Virus record (IMG/VR): IMGVR_UViG_3300027881_000062
Coordinates: 1 to 26,985 of that record
Direction: 5' to 3' (one strand)
From: a virus
Lineage: Duplodnaviria; Caudoviricetes
DNA length: 26,985 nt
The position numbers and the translations under genes are program-made. A model generated the notes under the pieces. That model worked only from the letters and a program-made list of their open reading frames with translations. It had not been told where the DNA came from and made no database searches. Below are positions 1 through 8,700 of the stretch, one piece after another (position 1 is the first letter of the stretch; every line of letters begins with the position of its first letter).

Positions 1-880
1 TGTCTCCCCAAAATTGTGAGGACGTGAAAATTGTTAAGTATGTATCGACACCTGGGTCTGTGATAAGCATATCGTCAATTTGCTTATCCGTAGTCGTGCT
101 ATCAGTGTCGTCGGAGGTGCCGCTTGCCTCGAAGATATCCCCACTAGCAATAGGCACAATATTTAGGGTGCGGTCGCCGACTAATACGGTACCAGAGCCG
201 GATGATGTTCGGAATTCAATCTCTACATCTTGTGAACCGTTCGGATTGATTTCACAAGCAATGCCCATAAACCACATATCATCTGCGGCCGAACTTTCAT
301 GATCATTGTGTCGTACAGTATGGGCAACAGGAGTGCCGCCAACAGTTACTCGAAATTCGGCGGGTGTGCCCGACGTTCCTTCATTAGAAGTGCTGAATGT
401 CAGTATGTAGGCGCCAGATGCGGGCGTCGTAAACGACATGCCGGCAAGAGTTGACCACGTTGACGAACCTGTACTGTCGGCGCTGGTTGAACTTGCTTCT
501 AAGTCAGTGCCAGTAATTGGGAATAGACACATCTCGCGGTTGGTAGCAACTAGAGGAGACGTGGTGCTAGTTGTATCGTGCCGTATCTCTACATCTTGGC
601 TGCCGTTGGGATTGACCCAGCACGACAACATGACCGTTAGCGTGGTGTCATCTACGCTGGTGTCTTCGTCATAGATACGCTCGGCGTGTGCGACAGGACT
701 CCCGCCAACATAAACTAAGAAGTGCGTCCTACCAGATGCGCCCGTCCCTATCTGACACTGGACCGTGGCGTGAAGGAGGTATTCTCCAGACGCTGGTGTC
801 AGCGTCAAGCCAGTAATTAGCGTAGGCGACGTCGAATCTAAGGTGTCGCTGCTAGTCGACTGTGCGCGGAGGATGGTCAT
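1..880 (-). CDS. Putative virion/receptor-binding protein with tandem ~120-aa beta-sandwich (C1q/TNF/BclA-CTD-like) domains; 3'-truncated at the window edge; not in the supplied ORF track
   Basis: ATG at 880, 4 nt after the upstream stop; open to the window edge (293 codons). Manual translation MTILRAQSTSSDTLDSTSPTLITGLTLTPASGEYLLHATV... Units 1 and 2 share VGG(S/T)PVAH and NPNGSQDVEI; a third unit starts at EASGTSDDTDSTT. The fold call is inference. Confidence 0.75.
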   Translation of the reverse strand, partial: MTILRAQSTSSDTLDSTSPTLITGLTLTPASGEYLLHATVQCQIGTGASGRTHFLVYVGGSPVAHAERIYDEDTSVDDTTLTVMLSCWVNPNGSQDVEIRHDTTSTTSPLVATNREMCLFPITGTDLEASSTSADSTGSSTWSTLAGMSFTTPASGAYILTFSTSNEGTSGTPAEFRVTVGGTPVAHTVRHNDHESSAADDMWFMGIACEINPNGSQDVEIEFRTSSGSGTVLVGDRTLNIVPIASGDIFEASGTSDDTDSTTTDKQIDDMLITDPGVDTYLTIFTSSQFWGD

Positions 881-884
881 GGTC

Positions 885-1352
885 TTAGATGATAGCGCCT
901 CTGTCTAAGAGTCTGGCCACTACCCTAAACAATTCTTGCGTCCTATTATCTTTCTGAAGGGCGGTAAGAGTATCCCAATCGTGGAAGGTTTCGATGAACT
1001 GATCCTTAGCCGTAACATCCTTCTCCCTTTCTATTTGAATGTCCGATTTCTGGGTGGCATCGTGCGCTATAAGAAGAGCATCAAGTGCGGCCTCCTGCGG
1101 TGCGGTTAAAGCTACCTCATATCGAAAACGCAATTCGCCTGGGTCGGCCGAGTCCGTTATGTCGGGCCCTCCGCCGGGATCCGTTTGACTTGAAATAATT
1201 TGAGTAGAAGCGAACGGTTCGTATTGCTGCCTACCCATCCTTGTAAACCCGGCAAGGAGCATGCCGTATTCAGGCAGGCCTGCTACCAAGTACTCTTGCT
1301 TGAACAGATCAAGGTCCAGGTCCTTATTCATAAATTTAATTAGGGTAATCAT
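885..1352 (-). CDS. Hypothetical phage protein (155 aa)
   Basis: AAGGA RBS-like motif upstream, tight packing with neighbours; no family recognised. Confidence 0.7.
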   Translation of the reverse strand: MITLIKFMNKDLDLDLFKQEYLVAGLPEYGMLLAGFTRMGRQQYEPFASTQIISSQTDPGGGPDITDSADPGELRFRYEVALTAPQEAALDALLIAHDATQKSDIQIEREKDVTAKDQFIETFHDWDTLTALQKDNRTQELFRVVARLLDRGAII

Positions 1353-1362
1353 ATCCTTTCCT

Positions 1363-2814
1363 TTATACGTCGCGATACTCGGTATCGGCCTCGTCGTCTC
1401 GTTTGACTTGCAATGTTCTCGTAATGGATGGTGCGTCTCCGGAGGTGTCAGTTAACACTCGAACCCGAATTGTTGTTGACTTGTTTACTGTATCATCAAC
1501 GTCCTGCGTTTGGCGCCACGTGGCCGTAATTTCTGTGCCGTCATCATTACGAAAACGAAATCCTTCCTGCTCATACGCCACGCCTTCTGTCGTAACAGCT
1601 TGCGGCGCATTGGGTGTCAACGTAAGAGTGGCGCTCAGCAACGTTGCTACATTGTTTTCAGTTACTACAGCCTGGGGTACGTTCTCCGTTAAGGTCAAAG
1701 CGGCGCTTGGAAGTTCAGCAACGTCGCCCTCAGTTGTCACGGCCTGAGGTACATTCGGTGTCAACGTTAAAGCGACTGACGGTAGCTGTGCTATATGTTT
1801 TTCAGTAGTGGCAGCTTGCGGGACGTTAGGCGTTAAGGTCAGGGCCGCTACAGGTAACTGTGCTACTTGATGATTGCTTGTAACTGTCTGGGGTACGTTC
1901 TCCGTTAAGGTCAACGTGGCGCTAGGCAGTTCTGCTATATGTTTCTCAGTAGTTACGGCCTGGGGTACGTTAGGCGTTAACGTTAAGACAGCGGCAGGTA
2001 ACTGTGCTATATGTTTCTCAGTCGTAATGGACTGAGGCACGTTAGGCGCTAACGTAAGGACCGCCGAAGATAACTGTGCTACTTGGTTGTCGCTAGTAAT
2101 AGCTTGTGGTGCTTGAGGCGCAAGCGTCAACGTGGCGCTAGGCAGCGTCACTGTATTCGGATCGAATGTCTCTACAGTTGGGACGTTCGCTGTCAGTGTA
2201 AGAACGGCAGCCGCGGCTATTGCGGCTATGTTATTTTCTGTTGTTATTGCTTGCGGAGCGTTTGGTGTGAGGGTTAGCGTAGCGGATGGCAGCTCTGCTG
2301 TGTTTGGATCCGCGGCGGCGTAATCTACCTCTAACTCAAAACCATCCCATGCGTGGAACAGGTTGTCTGGACCCTTCGTTTGACTCCAATTGAGTTGGCG
2401 AACTCTCACACTAGCGGCATTAACCTGTGCCACGCTTGCGCCGCTATTAACAGACGCCGTTCGATCTGCTAGTCCGGCGGCCTCGTCTGTCTCATCCCAT
2501 GCAACTGTGTTGGCATTGAAACCGGCTCCGGCGGCCATGTCCCAAACATAGTCAATCGTGTCGTTATCGAGGCCGCCTCCAACTTCTGCACGGACACGCA
2601 AAGTCACTGAGTTAATGCCAGTCGCCTCTCCTGGCAGATCGGTTAGTGTAAAGGTAATTGCAGCGCCACCGGCCCAATCGTTTGCGACCGAAGTCATCAA
2701 TGCGGCGTCAGGGGTTCCTCCGTCTACACCTTCATCAATATCGGTCAGGACGCCGCTATCGATGTTGCTATCTGTATCGGTTACGCCATCAGGGAATAAA
2801 TATGCAATAGGCAT
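1363..2814 (-). CDS. Putative fibre/shaft protein with ten 24-aa tandem repeats (483 aa)
   Basis: Acidic N-terminal domain, repeats of consensus xxAxLPSAxLTLTPNVPQAVTTEx, C-terminal QEGFRFRNDDGTE domain; start overlaps the upstream stop (TAATG). Confidence 0.75.
   Translation of the reverse strand: MPIAYLFPDGVTDTDSNIDSGVLTDIDEGVDGGTPDAALMTSVANDWAGGAAITFTLTDLPGEATGINSVTLRVRAEVGGGLDNDTIDYVWDMAAGAGFNANTVAWDETDEAAGLADRTASVNSGASVAQVNAASVRVRQLNWSQTKGPDNLFHAWDGFELEVDYAAADPNTAELPSATLTLTPNAPQAITTENNIAAIAAAAVLTLTANVPTVETFDPNTVTLPSATLTLAPQAPQAITSDNQVAQLSSAVLTLAPNVPQSITTEKHIAQLPAAVLTLTPNVPQAVTTEKHIAELPSATLTLTENVPQTVTSNHQVAQLPVAALTLTPNVPQAATTEKHIAQLPSVALTLTPNVPQAVTTEGDVAELPSAALTLTENVPQAVVTENNVATLLSATLTLTPNAPQAVTTEGVAYEQEGFRFRNDDGTEITATWRQTQDVDDTVNKSTTIRVRVLTDTSGDAPSITRTLQVKRDDEADTEYRDV
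1582..2304 (-). repeat. In-frame tandem repeat, 10 units of about 72 bp (24 aa; one unit has 25 aa)
   Basis: Counted from the translation, NTAELPSATLTLTPNAPQAITTEN through NVATLLSATLTLTPNAPQAVTTEG; e.g. tgctatatgttt(t/c)tcagt recurs near 1790, 1935 and 2005. Confidence 0.95.
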
Positions 2815-3077
2815 TAGACGTTTACCCCACAGCCTTTACAGCGTTGGCCTTTAGTCTCATCAGGCCAGTCTTTGCAGTTAATGTCTTTCGGTCCGAGAAA
2901 TGCACCGGGACCGTTAAGATAACGAGGATCGGCTAATACCTTATCCCAGTCGCCGAGTTCACGACGCAGGCCGCAAGTCCAGCGGAAACCGGGTTCGGTA
3001 TTTTCTTCGAGGAACTCACAAGCTATGCCGCCTGTCCAGCAGCAATGCATGTCTAAATTTCGGCCTAAACATTCCAT
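2814..3077 (-). CDS. Small Cys-rich protein, putative Zn or Fe-S binding (remote YkgJ/CxxCxxCC-like)
   Basis: 8 Cys in 87 aa: C3, HCC, CEFL, CGL, CKDWP, CKGC. The CC...CxFL...C...CxxWP spacing recalls YkgJ-type proteins. Confidence 0.65.
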   Translation of the reverse strand: MECLGRNLDMHCCWTGGIACEFLEENTEPGFRWTCGLRRELGDWDKVLADPRYLNGPGAFLGPKDINCKDWPDETKGQRCKGCGVNV

Positions 3078-3152
3078 AGTAGTCCCTAGGCCAGCTTCTC
3101 TGGCCGTAACCTTCCCTGGTTAAAGGATAGTCCGTTAAACCTGCTCAGGGAA

Positions 3153-3626
3153 CTACGCTGAGTCGTACTTGTGCAGCGCATATTCCACAACGTTGCCCGA
3201 CGATGCAATCGCCGTACCACTTTTGTTTTCAATTAAGAATGCAAAGTATTGTGGCAGGTTGTGGATAATGGCCCTGTACCGATAAGTTCTAGCCGTTGTC
3301 TCTACAGCGTCGCAAGGGAAGGATCGGACCGCCTCGGTGTGCCTATGATCTAGGTTCAGCGAATCCGCATAACTGCCTTCCGAACCAGTCAGTTGGCCTG
3401 CGAAGAGTGTATTGTCTTCGCTTGCTGCCATCCTTAGATTAACAACACCGTTGGCATCTCCGACCGAAGTTGTCGTAACAATGGTCACGTAAACCTCAGC
3501 CCAAAAGGCCTTAATCGCAGTGTTATCAATAGAAGCAGACTGCCAGAAAGCATCGTCTCCCAAAGAGTGCAGATTGGTAACGGTCAGAACCGAAGTGGAA
3601 CCATAGTTCTGTGTTGCGGTTGCCAT
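3153..3626 (-). CDS. Hypothetical virion-associated beta-rich protein (157 aa)
   Basis: GGAGG RBS inside the end of the upstream gene; Thr/Ala-rich with alternating hydrophobic strands. Confidence 0.7.
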   Translation of the reverse strand: MATATQNYGSTSVLTVTNLHSLGDDAFWQSASIDNTAIKAFWAEVYVTIVTTTSVGDANGVVNLRMAASEDNTLFAGQLTGSEGSYADSLNLDHRHTEAVRSFPCDAVETTARTYRYRAIIHNLPQYFAFLIENKSGTAIASSGNVVEYALHKYDSA

Positions 3627-3631
3627 ATCTA

Positions 3632-4084
3632 TTAACCTCCTGACAGCCTGTAATAACCGTTAGCATGTACCTGAACGGTTAACGTATTGGTGTCAGTTGT
3701 CGTCACGTCCAGAGGCGTGTCATCCAGCAGACCATAGCAGAATAAAACGTCTGCCGGGGCCGTGGTGGAATCGTCAAAGATCCAGTACCATCTGGCCACA
3801 ATAGATCCGCCCGATGCCGTAAAGACGGCATTGTCCGAATCGAATTGCCATGTGCCAGCTACTGGTTCCGTTAGCGAAACGGTCGTGAGAGTTTCCCGAG
3901 CGTAGCCATTACCGGATAGTTCATCCGTAATATCGGTTACGTCTTCGTGGTCGGCCTGAATCGGAGTATAGTTACTATCACTCAGGCCCATGATCCACGT
4001 ATCGGTATCAACATCTACCTGGCCGTTCTGCAAGAATTGTTTATAAGAATCATAAACAACTAGGGTCGCAGTGGTTGTTGCCAT
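3632..4084 (-). CDS. Conserved phage structural protein (fibre-associated/minor tail type)
   Basis: Motifs YDSYK..L.NG.VD.DTD, ELSGNGYAR, FDSDNAVFTASGGSIVAR.Y.IFDD match a widespread phage family that I recall preceding fibre-like genes. Confidence 0.7.
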   Translation of the reverse strand: MATTTATLVVYDSYKQFLQNGQVDVDTDTWIMGLSDSNYTPIQADHEDVTDITDELSGNGYARETLTTVSLTEPVAGTWQFDSDNAVFTASGGSIVARWYWIFDDSTTAPADVLFCYGLLDDTPLDVTTTDTNTLTVQVHANGYYRLSGG

Positions 4085-4347
4085 TACAATTTCCTCATTG
4101 GTTTAGTTTGAATTTGGGAGGATCCGGGATCCACAAATGTGGCCCCTTTCCACCCGTTATATGCCCAGTGCCACGCGTCGGCCACTTTATCTTTCATAAT
4201 TGCGAATGGTCCTGAAAGAAAAAGCAAGTCGTCGTGCGCCATCTTTTCGACGATTTCCTTATCGGCGGGCGTGAAAAGTAACGCTATCAAAACATCCTGT
4301 GAATTAAACTGTAGCGTTCGATCTCCTTCTTTAATTTTCACTAACAT
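4084..4347 (-). CDS. Hypothetical protein (87 aa)
   Basis: AGGAGA RBS; stop overlaps the next start (TAATG). Confidence 0.65.
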   Translation of the reverse strand: MLVKIKEGDRTLQFNSQDVLIALLFTPADKEIVEKMAHDDLLFLSGPFAIMKDKVADAWHWAYNGWKGATFVDPGSSQIQTKPMRKL

Positions 4348-4354
4348 AACTTTA

Positions 4355-4384
4355 TCTCCTACTTGGTTGGCACCAAATTAAGGG
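4355..4384 (-). promoter_or_regulatory. RBS-overlapping hairpin element, copy 1 (core TTGGTGCCAACCAA)
   Basis: mRNA CCU-UA-AUUUGGU-GCCA-ACCAAGU-AGGAGA; same core at 19538-19565 and, inverted, at 22918-22942. Confidence 0.55.
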
Positions 4385-4653
4385 GGGGCTTCGACGTTTT
4401 CGCTTGCTCCTTCTCCCTCTCCTGGAGGGCGCGGACCTGGCGGTACGGCAGCTTGTGCCGGTCTAAAGTTAATTCCGAAACGGCCACTCAAAAGCATTCG
4501 TAACAGCCACTTCAAATCAACAATGCCATCAGCATATTTAATAGGTGCTGTCACATTGCCAGACTTGTCCTCTAGGAATTCCATACCTTGAGTCATTCCA
4601 CTTCCGGCTCTTTGCTGTTCGGCCAGTTGTAATTCATCCATCGGTTGGTTCAT
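4378..4653 (-). CDS. Hypothetical protein (91 aa, Pro-rich C-terminus)
   Basis: AGGAGA RBS directly after the upstream stop. Confidence 0.65.
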   Translation of the reverse strand: MNQPMDELQLAEQQRAGSGMTQGMEFLEDKSGNVTAPIKYADGIVDLKWLLRMLLSGRFGINFRPAQAAVPPGPRPPGEGEGASENVEAPP

Positions 4654-4662
4654 TTCTTTCTC

Positions 4663-5031
4663 CTATGTCATACGCCGTAACGTTGTAATTCGGTCTTCCT
4701 GTGTGACCGCTACGTTCGTCAATGCCAGAAACAATTCATGCACCGCTAAGGCGGCGGCCTTTGCGTCGGTTACTTGGCCGACCTCAGTTGCATTTGCTTC
4801 AGTATCGAATACCCCTGGATCTCCAACAGGATCAGATTCACGCCTCTGCCATACCTCAAGAAATAGCTGATCGGCCAGTAGTTGGTCTGTTCCGCCCGCA
4901 AAGGCCCAAAGCTCTATGAGATCCTGATAGATGTTCTCGGATTCAACGACTGCAACCATTGTCTTGTTTGCGACGTTTTGCACCGCCGCTGACACATCCA
5001 GCCATCGTTTTTCACTACTATGTCCTGCCAT
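4663..5031 (-). CDS. Hypothetical helical protein (122 aa)
   Basis: AGGAGA RBS, packed in the operon; no family recognised. Confidence 0.7.
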   Translation of the reverse strand: MAGHSSEKRWLDVSAAVQNVANKTMVAVVESENIYQDLIELWAFAGGTDQLLADQLFLEVWQRRESDPVGDPGVFDTEANATEVGQVTDAKAAALAVHELFLALTNVAVTQEDRITTLRRMT

Positions 5032-5047
5032 TTCGTTCTCCTATAAA

Positions 5048-5188
5048 TCAAAGAAAATAGTTATCCATTACAAGCCAGATAACCACTATAATAACAAGGC
5101 CGAAGATTAAATTCCGCTTTGCCTTGAATGCCGCTTGGATTTTACCCCATGCGATGAAAGCCTCTTTGCCATATTTTGTAGCCATCAT
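5048..5188 (-). CDS. Small single-pass membrane protein (46 aa); not in the ORF track
   Basis: AGGAG at 5194-5198; MMATKYGKEAFIAWGKIQAAFKAKRNLIFGLVIIVVIWLVMDNYFL*; basic N-terminus then a hydrophobic stretch; fills the gap between neighbours. Confidence 0.75.
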   Translation of the reverse strand: MMATKYGKEAFIAWGKIQAAFKAKRNLIFGLVIIVVIWLVMDNYFL

Positions 5189-5203
5189 ATTTACTCCTGT
5201 CAG

Positions 5204-5704
5204 TTAGGGCGGCTCCTCTTCATTAAATGCCGATATATTGAATGTCGCGTCGTCAAGTAAGGTGCCGCCCGAGGCGGCATCATACGCTTCAACAGTAACG
5301 TTGGCATTTTGTTCTGTATCATAGTCGCCTTCAATCATTTCGATCTTCTTCGTGGCCGACATTTGTTGCCGGGTACTGAGCTCATTGGTATCGAGGCTGC
5401 CGGAGTTTACCGTACAGATAAGCCAAACATCAGCAACGTCCCCAACATCCAACCAAGGACCACGGGCGACCGTGTAGTTCCCAACATTAGTACTGCCCCA
5501 CTCACTGCCGCTAGTATTATATTGCACACCAGCCCAGCAAGTGCCAAAGCGGGAATTTTGATTGTTCGTGTTACTTAAGGAAACGCTAAGAGCAGGAATA
5601 ACAGGGCCATAAACTGCCGTGGCACAAACGATGCCGCGCTGGAATTTCGGCCTCCCCCATATACGTTCTGGCAAGTACAAATTCTTTTTTGGAACAATAA
5701 TCAT
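5204..5704 (-). CDS. Hypothetical protein after the tail tip gene (possible fibre-associated protein)
   Basis: Starts 10 nt after the tail tip stop; beta-rich C-terminal half. Confidence 0.65.
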   Translation of the reverse strand: MIIVPKKNLYLPERIWGRPKFQRGIVCATAVYGPVIPALSVSLSNTNNQNSRFGTCWAGVQYNTSGSEWGSTNVGNYTVARGPWLDVGDVADVWLICTVNSGSLDTNELSTRQQMSATKKIEMIEGDYDTEQNANVTVEAYDAASGGTLLDDATFNISAFNEEEPP

Positions 5705-5714
5705 GGCGGTCTTG

Positions 5715-8700
5715 TTACTCCTGTGACAGGCCTACCCCTACCAATTCATATAGGGAATCTGTTCGCTTGACCCAAGTACACCAACCCTTACCTGCCAATA
5801 TCATATTACCAGTATTCCTCAATGTAGCATCTCCTGAAAAGATTTCAAGGTTATTTGAGGCATCCACAAGCACTAAGTTCGAGAGTGTCGCATTAACAAT
5901 CCAACCAACGGCATCGACCGGAATGCCACCGTCATTGGCAAAGGTAATACCACCCGCTATGTTCGTTACTCTAATCCTCTTATGAACAGCTAACTCGGAA
6001 ATGGTGTAAGTAGAACTGCCCGACTTCGCGATTTGCGTCATATCTCCGAAGCCAACGTCCCGGAAATTCTGTGCGTAATCTTTTGCTTGGAAACCAGAAA
6101 TGGAATCGGCGGCATTACTGTCCTTAGTCCTGACTTCTCCTACCCCGTTGTAGTAAAGTTCTACGTAGGAATTGTCGAGGCAATAGACGAACCATTCATC
6201 ATTGGTGTCATTATAGAGGCCAGAACTGGTACTACCATTATCCATGTACGAGTGGCGTGCACCAATAGAGTAGCCATGATAACTGCTGTTAGTACCTTCT
6301 CCACCGGTGACCTGTACTGATCCGAACCCGCCTGTGACAGACGTGAAGTGGCCTATAGTATCCTGGTTGATATAGAGATCCCCATAGACTTGAAGATCAT
6401 CCGTGCCGTGCGGAACCCGCAATGCCCAGGCACCTAAATTGTTCAGCAAGCCAAAAGCACCAGTATCGAAATAAACGTATCCACGCAGAGTGGCTTTATC
6501 ATCTTCATAAAGCTGAATGCCGCCTGTGGTTGCACCACCGGCTAACTTCAGGTAGCCGTCATTATCTATGAACTGAGAAGACAGCTGAATACCAGCATTC
6601 GCATTCAGAAGGCTTGATACAGTAACTTGTCCGGGGAAGGTCACGTTGTTGGCATTGAGTTCCATCCAAGGCTCGATGCCTGTGCCCGCGCCGTTCGGTG
6701 ACGCAAAAGTCGATATACGACGGAACCAGTACTCGTGCCCGTCACCAGACCATAAAGCACCGTCCGTGATGTCGGCGGGATCAACTCCAAAGAATAATGT
6801 CTGTGTGGTTCCGGCTGTTGCTAGATCGTTGCCGATCATCAGGCCTCGATAAGTAGCCGAGTACCCAAATGCTTTCGATGCAAGAGTGTCACGATGGTAG
6901 GATGCAGTACCCATCGACAACGTAACGTCCTCTAACCAAACGCTGGCGGTTTGGTACCCCGTCATGCGATAGTCGGTGCCATCATGGTACTGCGTGAAGT
7001 AGTCGTTGTTGTCGGAATTGTATAAGCGTAACTTAGACGCATTGAGCAACTGCATGGCGCCTATAGTGAGATTGAAGAACGACAATCCGGAGTGGTTAAA
7101 CGTAAAGGTGTTTGAGCTTGAGGTGTAAAACATACCATAGCTCGACCCACCAGTGTCTTCCATATACAGGCCGTGACCACCCTGTATGCTAAGGTGCGTA
7201 GAAGTTTTTGTGTCGTTAGCGTCCTGCCACCATACCGTTGCACCGTCTGCCGCGAAAATAGCAGCAAGTGCTTGATTCGGATTGAATTGATGTGAACTGG
7301 TAGGTGTATGTGCTGTTAAATTTGGATCAACAATCCAACCGTAACCCGGCCCGGTAGTAGCAGGCCAAGCCTGACAGGTTATAGCGAATGTTATATCCGT
7401 TACGCCCGTAACCTGTATGTCGATGTATTTTTGATTCGTTGCATCATAGCCAGAGCGTATCAGACTTATTCCGCTAGTACCTTCATTTGTACCACGCAAA
7501 TGCAATGCTGACGCATTTGCACCCCACGTAGCGGGAACGTATATCTCCATCGGCATCGGAGCGCCACTACCACCCTGCGAACAGATTGTAATTAGCGCAC
7601 CACCGCGGCCGTTGTTCGCATCCTGAGATGCGATTTGCACCCACCCGTCAGTGCTATTTGCAGTGATTGTTCCCGCTGTGGCCTGCCAATGATATCCCCC
7701 TGTAGCAAGTGATCCGGCGGCGAGTGCGCCTGTAGAAAGAATTTTTACGCCTGTTTCTTCTACCCATGCGGAGCCATTCCAGCGCAACGTGGCGTCAGTG
7801 ACTGTACCATCAGCAATGGCTCCTGACACATCCGCAAATGTTCCGTCATCTTTAAGGAATTTGCCAGTGGATGTTGCGGGGGCCGCAACGACACCCGATT
7901 TCTGGGCACCAGTAAATTTGGCTGGTGATCTAGTCCAATCAAACTTGCCTATTATAAGTTCGCCCGCGGTGTAGCTATTTGGTATCTCCAATACCAATGA
8001 ACCGAGGCCACCACTGCCCTGCATCTTGACAGTCTGTTGAACTGTCATTGTTTGCTGCACTTCAATCCAGACACCTGTTGAAGCTGTGGTTAAATCAATT
8101 TCAATGTCAGGTGTGGCGGCTTGCCCAACATATCGAAGGTCCGGATCAATAGTAGAAGTATGGGCTAAGTAAGCTCTTACAGTTCCTGTGCCTGCCAACG
8201 TTGGAGACGCAGAAAGCTTATAGGCAATGGTTACAGTTACTTCGTCTCCTGCTTGTATGTTTGGTGGAGTGGTTAATGGAGTGGCCGTAGTCCCATTACT
8301 CGTATGATAATATGCAAGATGTATATTAGTAAGAAAGACGCCGGTAGTTCCTGCTTGATCCAGGATATTGCTCAAGTCTATTTCTAAAGTGCCACCTGTT
8401 ATAACAAATGGCTCTTCGGATTCAAGATAAGAATCGGTTCCACCTATCTTACCAACATGCCACGTCGAATCTTTATTCTTTAATGTGCCCCAGCCTAAGT
8501 GGGAGACATGGTCGCTTAATGTGAACTCGGGATCATATACAAGCCTGTCGATAAGGGACTCTGGCAAGAACCTCATATAGTTTTGGATAGTAGGCTCGTT
8601 CCCATCCAGTATGTACACGGCAGGCCGGCAGTATTGTACGTTATATCCAGCAGCGCCGCCAGCGAGGGCATCCCCGCCAAGTCTAAGGGTAGGACTGGCA

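Noticed and set aside
3095-3140. Cobalamin riboswitch (AGGGAA motif on the minus strand)
   Set aside because: The gap is only 75 nt and the other conserved elements, including the B12 box, are missing.
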